Source of the DNA: Opitutaceae bacterium
GTDB taxonomy: Bacteria > Verrucomicrobiota > Verrucomicrobiia > Opitutales > Opitutaceae
NCBI GenBank assembly: GCA_041395105.1
Contig: JAWLBB010000002.1
Span: 298,104-322,103, forward strand
Length of the DNA: 24,000 bases
Direction: 5' to 3'
This document shows positions 1-8,247 of the stretch, in pieces. The notes beneath the pieces were generated by a model. It was given only the letters and a program-made list of their open reading frames with translations. It had not been told where the DNA came from and made no database searches. The position numbers and the translations under genes are program-made. Position 1 is the stretch's first letter. Every line of letters begins with the position of its first letter.

Positions 1-1
1 C

Positions 2-349
2 GTTGTGCAACGGATGGAGGCCGACGCCCAGGAACGCTACCAGGAGCAGCTTGATGAAGTCGAAACCCGGCTCCGCGAGGTCCAGAACCAACTCAGCCAA
101 CTCGCCACCCAGCAGACCGAAGGCCGCCAGTTGGTGGCCACTCCGGAGATCCAGAAATCGATCGAGGACTACCGGGCCCAGGAGGCCTCTGTCCGGGCCG
201 AGCGCCGCAAGATCCGCAAGGCCCTGCGGGAAAATATCGAGCGCCTGGGAACGGTTCTTCTTCTGGCCAATCTCCTGGTTGTTCCGGTCGGTGTCGGGAT
301 CGTCGGAATCGCCTTTTTCACGCGCCGTAACCGCAGACAGAAGAGCTGA
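2..349 (+). CDS. 3' fragment (5'-truncated by window edge) of a membrane-anchored protein, probably a GldG-type ABC-transporter auxiliary component
   Basis: Frame 2 is open from the window edge to TGA at 347-349. The translation is a charged coiled segment (QERYQEQLDEVETRLREVQNQL...) followed by a C-terminal TM helix (LLLANLLVVPVGVGIVGIAFF) and a basic tail. This pattern, plus an immediately following DUF4340-like gene, is typical of GldG/ABC_transp_aux operons. Family call is from memory, not a search. Confidence 0.45.
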   Translation, partial: VVQRMEADAQERYQEQLDEVETRLREVQNQLSQLATQQTEGRQLVATPEIQKSIEDYRAQEASVRAERRKIRKALRENIERLGTVLLLANLLVVPVGVGIVGIAFFTRRNRRQKS

Positions 350-353
350 CGCG

Positions 354-1457
354 ATGACTATAAAGAGACTCTCCATCACCTTTCTCATCCTGGCCGTTCT
401 CTCGGTCGCGACCTGGCTGATCAAGCGGCCGGCTCCGCCTCCCGGACTCGATCCCCGCACCGGCCAGCCTCTCGTCAGCCGTGAAACGCTCGCGGCCGCC
501 CGGGAGATCACCATCCGGGAAGGCGACAGAACGGTCACCTTGAGCACCGACGAAACCAACGGCACCTGGCAGGTTGCTGACTATTACGGATTCCCGGTCG
601 ACTTCAGCAAACTCTCCTCCCTTGCCTCCAGCCTGCAGTCGGCCTCCGTCGTGCGTCTCGTCAGCCGCAACCCGGACCGGATCGAAAGACTCGATCTCGG
701 GAATGCCGGCATCGAGATCGCAACCGGCGGTGCCCTGCCCGCCGTCCGCCTCGCCATCGGAAAAACATCTGAAGGCGGCGGCCGCTTCATCGGGTTTGAT
801 ACCGAAGAAAAGGCCTATCTGACCGATCTCACCATCCAGATCGACGCCACGGCGAAGAACTGGGCCCTTGCCCGCCTCCTCGATTTCAAGGCGGAGGATG
901 TCTCGGGAGTCGACATTTCGTTCGAAGACGACGCCGCCCACCTGGTGGTGAAGCGGGACACCGCCGAGGCCGATTGGAAGCTGGCATCGGCTCAGGCCAC
1001 CGGAAACGTCAGATCCCGGGAGCTGAACAACCTCCTCAACCGCTTTACCGGCCTCCGGTTTACGGATACCGACGAACCCGGGTCGGAGGAATCCATCGCC
1101 GCCCTTGACCATTCGCGATCCGTCATCATCGAACTCTTCGACGGCACCCGCTACTCGATACGGATCGGGCGTCGTCCCGCCCCACCCGTCGCACCGGCCG
1201 AAGAAGGCCCGGAAGAGAATTCCGCGGCCACCCCGCCACCGGCACCCAAACCCGGCCCCGTCTATGTCTTCGTCGAGTCCAACCGGGAGGACACACCCAT
1301 CAACCAGCTGATGGCCAGGCGGAGTTTTCGGATTTCCGACTACACCTTCACCAGCCTGCCTGCCTCGGCCGATATCCTGATCGAGCCCGTTCCGGAACCA
1401 CCCCCGGAGCCGGCACCCGAACCGGAGAGTGCGGAAGAACCGGCCGGGGGCAATTGA
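354..1457 (+). CDS. DUF4340-like membrane-anchored protein (367 aa)
   Basis: ATG at 354 lies 4 nt after the upstream stop. N-terminal signal-anchor MTIKRLSITFLILAVLSVATWLI, with a Pro/Glu-rich C-terminus. Position directly downstream of the GldG-like gene matches the usual gldG-DUF4340 pairing. The 3..353 part of the listed ORF overlaps the frame-2 gene and is rejected. Confidence 0.5.
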   Translation: MTIKRLSITFLILAVLSVATWLIKRPAPPPGLDPRTGQPLVSRETLAAAREITIREGDRTVTLSTDETNGTWQVADYYGFPVDFSKLSSLASSLQSASVVRLVSRNPDRIERLDLGNAGIEIATGGALPAVRLAIGKTSEGGGRFIGFDTEEKAYLTDLTIQIDATAKNWALARLLDFKAEDVSGVDISFEDDAAHLVVKRDTAEADWKLASAQATGNVRSRELNNLLNRFTGLRFTDTDEPGSEESIAALDHSRSVIIELFDGTRYSIRIGRRPAPPVAPAEEGPEENSAATPPPAPKPGPVYVFVESNREDTPINQLMARRSFRISDYTFTSLPASADILIEPVPEPPPEPAPEPESAEEPAGGN

Positions 1458-1460
1458 ACA

Positions 1461-2159
1461 TCATTTTCGAGCCGGTCTCCCGACCGCCCCGCGAACCTGC
1501 TCCAGGATAAAGGCCGCGACTTCCTCCTTCGGCGCCGGACCGAACGGCATGCGAACCCCGGACGATGACATCAGGACGATTTCATTGTCGTCGACCTCCA
1601 TCCCGAGGCCCGGTCGGCTGATATCATTCGCGACGATCCAATCCATCCCCTTACGGACCAGTTTCTCCGCCGCATAGTCTTCGAGATGCTGGGATTCGGC
1701 CGCGAACCCCACCACGGTCTGATGCGTCCTCAAGGCAGCCAGATGCTTGAGAATATCGGGGTTTCGAACCATCTTCACCGACAGCCGATCCTTCGATTTC
1801 TTCATCTTTTCCGAGGCGCATTCCGCCGGCCGATAGTCCGCCACCGCCGCCACCATGAAGAGAATGTCACACCATCGAAAGAGCGGCTCGACTGCGGCCA
1901 GCATCTCGACCGCCGAAACGACCCGATGTATGCGGACATTCCGGGGCGGCCTCAGCGAAACCGGTCCCGAGACCAGCTCCACCTCCCAACCCAAAATGGC
2001 CGCCTTTTCCGCAAGTGCGAAACCCATTTTGCCACTGGAGGCATTGCTCAGGAATCGGACCGGATCCAGATACTCACGGGTCGGACCCGCCGTGACGAGG
2101 CAGCGAATGCCACCGGACGCGGATTTCCTGCCTGATCGGACAGCGAAGGCGGATGCCAT
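1461..2159 (-). CDS. coaB: Phosphopantothenate--cysteine ligase, standalone CoaB domain (232 aa)
   Basis: The N-terminal motif LVTAGPTREYLDPVRFLSNASSGKMG matches the conserved CoaB signature (TAGPTxExIDPVRxIxNxSSGKMG) of Dfp/CoaBC. AAVADYRP and VGFAAE are also typical. No CoaC flavoprotein domain lies upstream in frame. Confidence 0.85.
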   Translation of the reverse strand: MASAFAVRSGRKSASGGIRCLVTAGPTREYLDPVRFLSNASSGKMGFALAEKAAILGWEVELVSGPVSLRPPRNVRIHRVVSAVEMLAAVEPLFRWCDILFMVAAVADYRPAECASEKMKKSKDRLSVKMVRNPDILKHLAALRTHQTVVGFAAESQHLEDYAAEKLVRKGMDWIVANDISRPGLGMEVDDNEIVLMSSSGVRMPFGPAPKEEVAAFILEQVRGAVGRPARK

Positions 2160-2325
2160 GCCTCAGCAAAACCGGACTGACCATGTTCGCCAAATGAAAA
2201 GTGGGCCTTGGGGGAATTCAGATCCCAGACAAATGAGCCCGACATGAAATCGCCTTCGCAATGTTTCGAAGACGAGATTGGAAACCCACTCAGACCACAG
2301 TCGACGAAACGACCGGCAAAACGCT

Positions 2326-3135
2326 TCACTTTACCACCGTCGGGCTGATCACTGTCCGATCATTGTAGACCTCCTCGGCCCGAGGGAGCATGGCAGTCAT
2401 CTTGAGAATTCGCTCCGGATAGGCCGGGTGAGTCGACAGGTAGGCCGGAACCCCGGGAGACCCTGTTTCCCCGGCTTCCATCTTCTCCATCAGCTTGATC
2501 GCCTCCGCCGGATCATATCCCGCCTTCGCCATGTAAACCATTCCAATCTGGTCCGCCTCGCTCTCCTTGTCGCGGTCCCAACCAAGCGCGGCCACACCCG
2601 TCCCCAACCCATAGACCTGAAGGACCGAACTGGTGGGCAGACCACCGCTGGCGGCCGTCACTCCGACGATGTAGCCGCCTCCCTCAATCATCAGCTCCTG
2701 GGATAGCTTTTCATGGATGTGCTTGGCTGTGACATGGGCGATTTCATGGGCCACCACCGAGGCCAATTGAGCCTCGTTGTCGACGAGATCGAATATCCCC
2801 GAAAAGACCCCGACTTTCCCTCCCGCCATGGCAAAGGCATTGACCTCGTTGGGCGCATCAAAGACGACGAATTCCCAGTCCGCGTCGGTCGCATCCCAGA
2901 AGACGACCTTGGCGATCCGGCTGCCGACCCGCTCGAGCATCTCGTTGTAGGTGGGATTCGTCGACACCCGGTATTTCTTCTTGGTCTCAGCGAAGGCTTC
3001 CTTGCTCATCTCCACGACCGATTTGTCGTCGACGAGATCGATCGTTTTGCGACCCGTGACGGGAACCGTGTGGCACCCCGCAAAGATCATCAACATTGAA
3101 ACCAGCAGAACCCGCCATCCGTAATATTCGGTCAT
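2326..3135 (-). CDS. M48-family zinc metalloprotease lipoprotein (YcaL/LoiP-like, 269 aa)
   Basis: HExxH zinc motif in VVAHEIAHVTAKH, downstream ESEAD, and the C-terminal STHPAYPERI motif typical of peptidase M48. N-terminal lipobox MLMIFAGC. Confidence 0.85.
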   Translation of the reverse strand: MTEYYGWRVLLVSMLMIFAGCHTVPVTGRKTIDLVDDKSVVEMSKEAFAETKKKYRVSTNPTYNEMLERVGSRIAKVVFWDATDADWEFVVFDAPNEVNAFAMAGGKVGVFSGIFDLVDNEAQLASVVAHEIAHVTAKHIHEKLSQELMIEGGGYIVGVTAASGGLPTSSVLQVYGLGTGVAALGWDRDKESEADQIGMVYMAKAGYDPAEAIKLMEKMEAGETGSPGVPAYLSTHPAYPERILKMTAMLPRAEEVYNDRTVISPTVVK

Positions 3136-3378
3136 CAGTGTTTAATACGTCACTCACGCAAAATGGTTTCACCAGAGGTCAATTCCCTGCCCTTCGCGCT
3201 CCAATCCGGACAAATTCCGGAATACCGCCCCGTTTTTCGACACTTTGCTTTGAATTCTCGCCAAGCCCGGACATCCTGCGACAATGGAACACTGATCGTG
3301 ACCTCCCAGTCAGAGACAACGAATGTCGCGCCCTCCGGTTGGACGCGATGATCCGTCCAGGACATCCTCCCATTGCCC

Positions 3379-5097
3379 ATGCCCGAAGACCCGAGTCAAC
3401 CATCCGGCACCCGCCATCAGATCATTCATTGGAATCCCGATCAGAGACCGGGGCCGGAATCCAAGCCCGAGAAAGGCAACCGTCGAACCCTCGCCCTTGT
3501 CATCGGCGCCTGTGCGCTTGTGATTGTCGCGGTCGGTCTTTCCTGGGCGGTTTTCAAGTTCACCTCCCGGTCCGGGGCACCGGCCCAACCCGGCAGCTAT
3601 GATCCCCTGTCCATCGGCAACGTCACCGGTGACGATCTTCGAACGTCATTCGTCAGCCGGTCCCGCGCGGAACTCTCCCGTGATACGGCTGCCCGCTCCC
3701 TCGCCGAGTTCCGAAAGATGCCGGCCGAGCACCCGCGCATCCTCCAGGCCATGATCATGCTGGAAAAGGATTTCCTCGAAGGGGAGCGACTCCTCGGCCG
3801 TTCGGAATTCCAGCCGGCACTCGTTCAGTTCGAGTCCGTCAACGACAAGATCAAGGATTTCTCCGAACAGATTGAACTCCGCCGCCAGGCACGGGAGGGT
3901 TATGACAATTTCCTCGTTCGGATCGAGCAACTGGAAATCGGCCGCAACCTCGCCCCTGACGCCTACAACCGGGCATTTTCCTCCGCCAGTGAGGGCCGTC
4001 AATTCCTTGAACAAGGCAGTTTCCAAGCCGCCGCCACCAAGCTTGAAGAAGCTGCCGAGGCCATGGATGAGATAGAGGCTGCCATTGACGACGGGGTTCA
4101 AGGAAGCCTCCTGGACGGCCGCCAGGCCCTGGCCAATGGCGATCGGCAAGCGGCACTCAATGCCTTCCGCGCCGTGCTTGAGACCAAACCCGACAATGAG
4201 GAAGCCATACGTGGCCTTGCACGGGCCGAGACGATCGAAGTACTCGAAGACCTCCTTGTCCGTGCAGCCGCAGCCGAAGAATCCGGTGCCTTCGAGGAAT
4301 CACTCTCCCTCTACGAAAAAGCCCAGGAAACCGACGCGCTTTCCGCCCAGGCCCAGCAGGGCGTGGCCCGATTGAAGAAGGAAATCAAGGATAGGGACTT
4401 CAACCTGGCCATGGCCGAAGCCGAAACCGCCGAGTCCAATGATGATTGGGAGGCGGCCATCGCCGCCTATGGAAGAGCCATCGAAGTCTACCCACGACGC
4501 GACGAGGTCAAGGCACTGCTGGAAACGGCAAAGGAAACGAGTCATGAACTCAATGTGCAACGCGCGCTGGCCTCCGCCTACGATGCGGAGAACAATCGTG
4601 ACTGGATGGCCGCGCGCCGGGCCTACCTGAAGACTCTGGAGATCGAGCCCAAGCTTGCCGAAGCGGAGGAGGGACTCGTCCGCACCAGCCGGATGCTTCG
4701 CGTTATTCTTCGCTACGAAAAGCTCCTTGAACTCGCTGCCGACCAGGCCGCCCGGGCGGAGTACCAGGCATCCATCCGCAGCTTCAACGAGGCGATTTCG
4801 ATCAAGCCGGACTATATTCAACTCACAGCCGATCAGGTCACTCTGAAGAACCTCCTCAGCGCCCAGAGCAAGCCGGTCGAAATCAATTTCCAGTCCGACA
4901 CCAAGACCTGGGTCACCATATCCAACTACAAGCTTCTCGGGAAATTCAAGCAAGAGTCCGTCAAGATCCTGCCCGGGGATTACGAAATCGTGGGGCGCCG
5001 CAAGGGCTACGAGGACGTCATTCTGCTTCTCCAGGTGAGAAATGGGTCCCCTCCCCCGACCGTCGTCGTGGTCTGTGACAAGCGCCTGACAAAATAG
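3379..5097 (+). CDS. Single-pass membrane protein with TPR-like repeats and a C-terminal PEGA-like beta domain (572 aa)
   Basis: ATG at 3379; the listed 3373 start is TTG. TM helix LALVIGACALVIVAVGLSWAVF. Several TPR-like units (ALNAFRAVLETKPDNEEAIRGLARA; AIAAYGRAIEVYPRRDEV; ARRAYLKTLEIEPKLAEAEEGL; SIRSFNEAISIKPDY). The C-terminus VKILPGDYEIVGRRKGYEDVILLLQV resembles PEGA. Confidence 0.65.
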   Translation: MPEDPSQPSGTRHQIIHWNPDQRPGPESKPEKGNRRTLALVIGACALVIVAVGLSWAVFKFTSRSGAPAQPGSYDPLSIGNVTGDDLRTSFVSRSRAELSRDTAARSLAEFRKMPAEHPRILQAMIMLEKDFLEGERLLGRSEFQPALVQFESVNDKIKDFSEQIELRRQAREGYDNFLVRIEQLEIGRNLAPDAYNRAFSSASEGRQFLEQGSFQAAATKLEEAAEAMDEIEAAIDDGVQGSLLDGRQALANGDRQAALNAFRAVLETKPDNEEAIRGLARAETIEVLEDLLVRAAAAEESGAFEESLSLYEKAQETDALSAQAQQGVARLKKEIKDRDFNLAMAEAETAESNDDWEAAIAAYGRAIEVYPRRDEVKALLETAKETSHELNVQRALASAYDAENNRDWMAARRAYLKTLEIEPKLAEAEEGLVRTSRMLRVILRYEKLLELAADQAARAEYQASIRSFNEAISIKPDYIQLTADQVTLKNLLSAQSKPVEINFQSDTKTWVTISNYKLLGKFKQESVKILPGDYEIVGRRKGYEDVILLLQVRNGSPPPTVVVVCDKRLTK

Positions 5098-5113
5098 ACA
5101 AAAGGGATACATC

Positions 5114-5827
5114 ATGAAATCCTTCCGTTTCAGCCTTAAGGTCATCTCCGCCACACTCGCCGTTTTCGCCGGCTCGGGTTTGACTCTCCAGGCCCAATCC
5201 ACCTCCGGGAGCAAGGTACGCGAGGTTCCCGGACCCAATCCGGATCTCTTCGACGGTTCCAAGGCAGAGGAAGAAAGCCGACCCGAAAGCGGGATCATCT
5301 CCGATTTTGAAATGGGCAGCGGAGAAAGCGATCCACAAGCCGCCGGGAGTCCGCAACAGCAACAGCAGGATCAGCAGGGCTCCCAAGGCCAGCAGCAGGG
5401 AAGCGGAAGCGGAGGTTCAGGTCCGGAGGGATCCGAACAGGGCCAGGGTGGCGGTGGATCCGAGGAGATGATCGAGGAGGGCGAAATGCCCGAACAACAA
5501 CAGGGACAGCAGGGGCAACAGGGACAGCAAGGCCAGCAGGGGCAACAGGGCGGGCAACAGGGAGGTCAACAGAGCCAGTCCTCCTCTTCTTCGAGTTCCA
5601 GCTCCCAGAAGGGCGGGCAACCACCACCCAAGAACAACGTAACCCTCGGTGACGACAGTCTGAAGATCGAAACAGTCGAAATGCCAGCCGACGAATCGCT
5701 CATCGGTCAGGAGGAATCCAAGAAACCCGCGACCGAGGACACGGGAGCCGGAGGCGCTTCCGGAAAGCAGGGGCCACGGCAGAATACCGGCGTCGAACAG
5801 GGTGACGCCATGCCCTCGGACATCTGA
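5114..5827 (+). CDS. Secreted acidic Gln/Gly/Ser-rich low-complexity protein (237 aa)
   Basis: ATG at 5114 is preceded by AAAGGGA (5101-5107). Signal peptide MKSFRFSLKVISATLAVFAGSGLTLQAQS. (QGQQG)n tract followed by Ser9. No enzymatic motifs recognised. Confidence 0.7.
   Translation: MKSFRFSLKVISATLAVFAGSGLTLQAQSTSGSKVREVPGPNPDLFDGSKAEEESRPESGIISDFEMGSGESDPQAAGSPQQQQQDQQGSQGQQQGSGSGGSGPEGSEQGQGGGGSEEMIEEGEMPEQQQGQQGQQGQQGQQGQQGGQQGGQQSQSSSSSSSSSQKGGQPPPKNNVTLGDDSLKIETVEMPADESLIGQEESKKPATEDTGAGGASGKQGPRQNTGVEQGDAMPSDI
5494..5605 (+). repeat. In-frame CAR-GGN (Gln-Gly) codon repeat tract followed by a poly-Ser tract
   Basis: Directly visible: caacaacaacagggacagcaggggcaacagggacagcaaggccagcaggggcaacagggcgggcaacagggaggtcaacag, then tcc tcc tct tct tcg agt tcc agc tcc. 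Confidence 0.9.
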
Positions 5828-5855
5828 GAGCGGTCAAATCCAATCCCAATCCATC

Positions 5856-6941
5856 ATGTCGCGTCACACCTTCCACCTTATCCGTACCGGGGTCCTGGCG
5901 GCCCTTTGCATTCTGCCGGCGTCACTCCATGCAACAACGAAGGTCTTTCCCGTCGAAGCCATCGAGGAAAGCCGTTACCTCCCGATCGAAGAGTGGAAAT
6001 CCGCCTATCCCGGCATCGATATGACCGGGATGGTCCTCAACGACGAGGGCTACTACGTGCGCTACCGGCACGAGAATCTCAACTATTTCTTCGGACCGAT
6101 CGCGACTCTGGACGAGGCTCAGGAACACCTCCGCATGATGGAGACGGTCCGCAACGAGCTCATCAGCAAGCGCCCTTCCCTCAGCACCAGTCAGGTCGAC
6201 GTTGTTCGGTTTTCCCTCGACGACGCGGTTTGGGGTCGTGCCGGCAAAGGCGGTCTCGGCGACGGCACGGGCGTGGGCGAAGAGGGCCCCGGTGGCACGA
6301 TGAAGGGTGGCACGATGAAAGGGGAGACCCAGTCCGGCCCTTGGGCGGACAGCAACAACAATGGGATCCCCGACGCGCTTGAAGACCTCAACCGCAATGG
6401 AATCGCGGACGGACTCGAGGACGGCAACGGCAATGGCACCCCGGACGGCGCGGAGGGCGATTCTGCCAGCACCGCTCCCATGGGCGACCAGAACGGCAAC
6501 GGCATGCCGGATGCCCTCGAAGACCAGAACAGAAACGGGATTCCGGACGGTCTCGAGGATCTCAACGGGAATGGCATTCCGGACGTCCGGGACCTCGGGG
6601 CCCTCGGCGACCTCAGCCAGGGTCAGAGTGTGATGGGCGATTCGCAGGGCGGTCAGCAGGGGTCCCAGGGTCAACAGGGCCAACAGGGATCCCAGGGTCA
6701 GCAGGGATCCCAGGGTCAACAGGGATCCCAGGGCCAGCAGGGTCAACAGGGTCAACAGGGCCAACAGGGTCAACAGGGGCAGCAGAGTTCAAGCAGTTCA
6801 GGCAGTCCCAGCAGCTCGAGTTCCAGTTCGAGCTCCAGTTCCGGTGGTTCGGGTTCGCCATCCCAACAACAGCAGCAGCAACAGCAGCAGAGCGGAGGCG
6901 GCAGTCTCCTTGATCTGCTGAAAGGACTTTTCGGACTCTAG
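5856..6941 (+). CDS. Secreted protein with six TSP-type-3-like (Asn-variant) Ca-binding repeats and a Gln/Gly/Ser low-complexity tail (361 aa)
   Basis: ATG at 5856 gives the signal peptide [26 protein letters not shown]. The listed 5802 start is a GTG inside the previous gene. Repeats of D-x-N-x-N-G-I-P-D-x-L-E-D; then (QGSQGQ)n, poly-Ser and Q9. Confidence 0.7.
   Translation: MSRHTFHLIRTGVLAALCILPASLHATTKVFPVEAIEESRYLPIEEWKSAYPGIDMTGMVLNDEGYYVRYRHENLNYFFGPIATLDEAQEHLRMMETVRNELISKRPSLSTSQVDVVRFSLDDAVWGRAGKGGLGDGTGVGEEGPGGTMKGGTMKGETQSGPWADSNNNGIPDALEDLNRNGIADGLEDGNGNGTPDGAEGDSASTAPMGDQNGNGMPDALEDQNRNGIPDGLEDLNGNGIPDVRDLGALGDLSQGQSVMGDSQGGQQGSQGQQGQQGSQGQQGSQGQQGSQGQQGQQGQQGQQGQQGQQSSSSSGSPSSSSSSSSSSSGGSGSPSQQQQQQQQQSGGGSLLDLLKGLFGL
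6348..6593 (+). repeat. Two triplets of about 13-aa DxNxNG(I/M/T)(P/A)DxLED repeats (EF-hand/thrombospondin type 3-like acidic loops)
   Basis: Translation: [38 protein letters not shown] ... [36 protein letters not shown]. Confidence 0.8.
6645..6890 (+). repeat. 18-nt-periodic CAGGGATCCCAGGGTCAA-type (QGSQGQ) repeat, Ser-rich tract and a 9-codon poly-Gln
   Basis: Directly visible tandem units cagggatcccagggtcag / cagggatcccagggtcaa / cagggatcccagggccag / cagggtcaacag. Ser-rich run from 6786. caa caa cag cag cag caa cag cag cag at 6864-6890. Confidence 0.9.
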
Positions 6942-7216
6942 TGTGGTGTCCGATAAATAATGTAACGTAAAGCGAGGCGCCAAAAGGCCTTGGGCAAGGC
7001 GGCCGAGTGGGTGCATGCCCGTAAGGCCTGTGCGCACTCGGGCAACGCCAGCCAAGGCCATTTGCCGTCTCGCCCGCAGGGCCATGCGCTTTTGGCACCC
7101 ATCCGCGTTGGTCTGAGGCAGGAGGGCCTACCGGCCCGCAGGCCTCAACCCGCCTTGATGGAGCGGCCAAAATCGCTATGGCTTTATGACACAGGATTTA
7201 TCTGACACCACACTAG
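6938..7216. repeat. 279-bp GC-rich element bounded by 21-nt terminal inverted repeats (MITE-like element or structured RNA)
   Basis: Left arm ctagtgtggtgtccgataaat (6938-6958) and right arm atttatctgacaccacactag (7196-7216) are reverse complements with one mismatch. A second nested pair is taaagc (6967-6972) / gcttta (7182-7187). The interior has recurring aaggcc/agggcc words and a gccaaaag / cttttggc / gccaaaa triad. No convincing ORF. Confidence 0.45.
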
Positions 7217-7256
7217 GAAGGGACCGGAACCCCATTCCCTTGACGTTGGTTTTCGC

Positions 7257-8246
7257 TCAATCGTTTACCGCGATGAAGGCTCCGCCGTGTTCATAGGTCA
7301 GCTCACGCATGAGGTTGGCGAACTTCAGACCGGTCTGGCCCATTGAAAACGAGTAGCGGATGACGTTGGGAAACCCGATCGCGTTGATTGTGACCGAACG
7401 TTTCCCTTCTTCATCCCTTGGATTGAGGTCATCAATACGCTTCAGCACCGCGTCCGCCGTCCCGGTGAATTCGTCACCGAAGACATAAACGCCCATATTC
7501 ATCTCGGGATCGTCCGGCCGGTTCAGTGTCCGGATAGCCTTGATGATCCCGGGGACCGGATTGCTGTTGCTGAAAACGCCGTAGCGCCGCACCGCCCATT
7601 TGACACGTTCCCGAATCTCCGGGCTGTCGGGAATCCACTCGTTGCCGCCGCCGACCACATTGCGACCATCGGCGTCGAATACCTGGATTCCATTGACCAA
7701 CGGGTAGGATTGGAGAACGTCTTCAATCTTGTTGACCACAATGGGCCACATGTCGCCGGTGTTGGGGTCACGCATACTACCGGAAGTGTCGATGACAAAG
7801 GCGAGGTAGTTGTTCTCGACCGGAACGCCGATCGGGAGATCGGTCTCCTGAGGAAGGTCCACTTCCTTCTGCATGGCGGCGATCTCGGCGAGGATCGACT
7901 CGATATCGACCAGGAGATTCTCCTTGCCCGCCTGGTACTGCTGAAACTGGGCCTCCAGCTTTGCCAGCATGGATTTCATCTCGTCGATCTGGGGAGCAAG
8001 GAATTCCAGACGTTCCTGGTCGGAAATCATCCGCTTGGAGAGCATCTCCCTGGTCGCCCGCAGCTGGGCCAGCAGTGCCATCCGTTGCGCGATGGTCTGC
8101 TCAAGGCTGTCCTTCATACCCTGAAGCACTGGATTCTGTGCTCCCATTGAGATGACAAAGAGCAGGATGATCGCTCCAAACCCGCAGCAGATGCAGTCAA
8201 GGAACGATAGGCTGAAAACCTCCGCAGCGCGTCGTTTCTTTGCCAT
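7257..8246 (-). CDS. TolR/ExbD-like N-terminal anchor + coiled coil + vWA domain with intact MIDAS (329 aa)
   Basis: The N-terminus MAKKRRAAEVFSLSFLDCICCGFGAIILLFVI aligns to TolR EINIVPLLDVLLVLLLIF, with the same Glu-to-Asp spacing of 8. About 100 aa is heptad-rich (LEQTIAQRMALLAQLRATREML...LAKLEAQFQQYQ). The vWA start is LAFVIDTSGSMRD (DxSxS MIDAS). The ATG lies 1 nt after the upstream stop. Confidence 0.7.
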   Translation of the reverse strand: MAKKRRAAEVFSLSFLDCICCGFGAIILLFVISMGAQNPVLQGMKDSLEQTIAQRMALLAQLRATREMLSKRMISDQERLEFLAPQIDEMKSMLAKLEAQFQQYQAGKENLLVDIESILAEIAAMQKEVDLPQETDLPIGVPVENNYLAFVIDTSGSMRDPNTGDMWPIVVNKIEDVLQSYPLVNGIQVFDADGRNVVGGGNEWIPDSPEIRERVKWAVRRYGVFSNSNPVPGIIKAIRTLNRPDDPEMNMGVYVFGDEFTGTADAVLKRIDDLNPRDEEGKRSVTINAIGFPNVIRYSFSMGQTGLKFANLMRELTYEHGGAFIAVND

Positions 8247-8247
8247 T

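Noticed and set aside
3-353. 5' part of the 484-aa ORF 3..1457
   Set aside because: It overlaps the frame-2 gene, which has a proper TM/C-terminus ending at 349, and its translation is Arg/Ser/Pro junk. The signal-anchor Met at 354 is the sensible start.
318-1112. 264-aa minus-strand ORF antisense to the DUF4340-like gene. The same applies to 3646..4149, 4300..5298, 9577..10368, 15331..15993 and 20046..20708.
   Set aside because: These are long antisense ORFs expected in high-GC DNA. The translations are Gly/Arg/Pro-rich with no motifs, while the opposite strand carries recognisable domains.
5922-6773. 283-aa minus-strand ORF ([10 protein letters not shown] repeats) opposite the Ca-repeat/QG-repeat gene
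   Set aside because: It is the mirror image of the in-frame CAG/GGN repeats. The plus-strand product has a signal peptide and coherent acidic repeats.
6613-7205. ORFs 6613..7170 (-), 6798..7085 (-) and 6990..7205 (+) crossing the inverted-repeat element
   Set aside because: No start context, and Arg/Pro/Ala-rich junk translations. They span the boundary of the repeat element and the neighbouring gene.
6938-7216. Retron msr/msd, an IS200/IS605- or IS110-type guide RNA, 6S, SRP, RNase P or tmRNA as the identity of the IR-bounded element
   Set aside because: No reverse transcriptase or transposase/recombinase gene is adjacent. None of the signature sequences I know for RNase P (GGAAAGUCC), SRP or tmRNA (tRNA-like end) are present. 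At 279 nt it is long for 6S.
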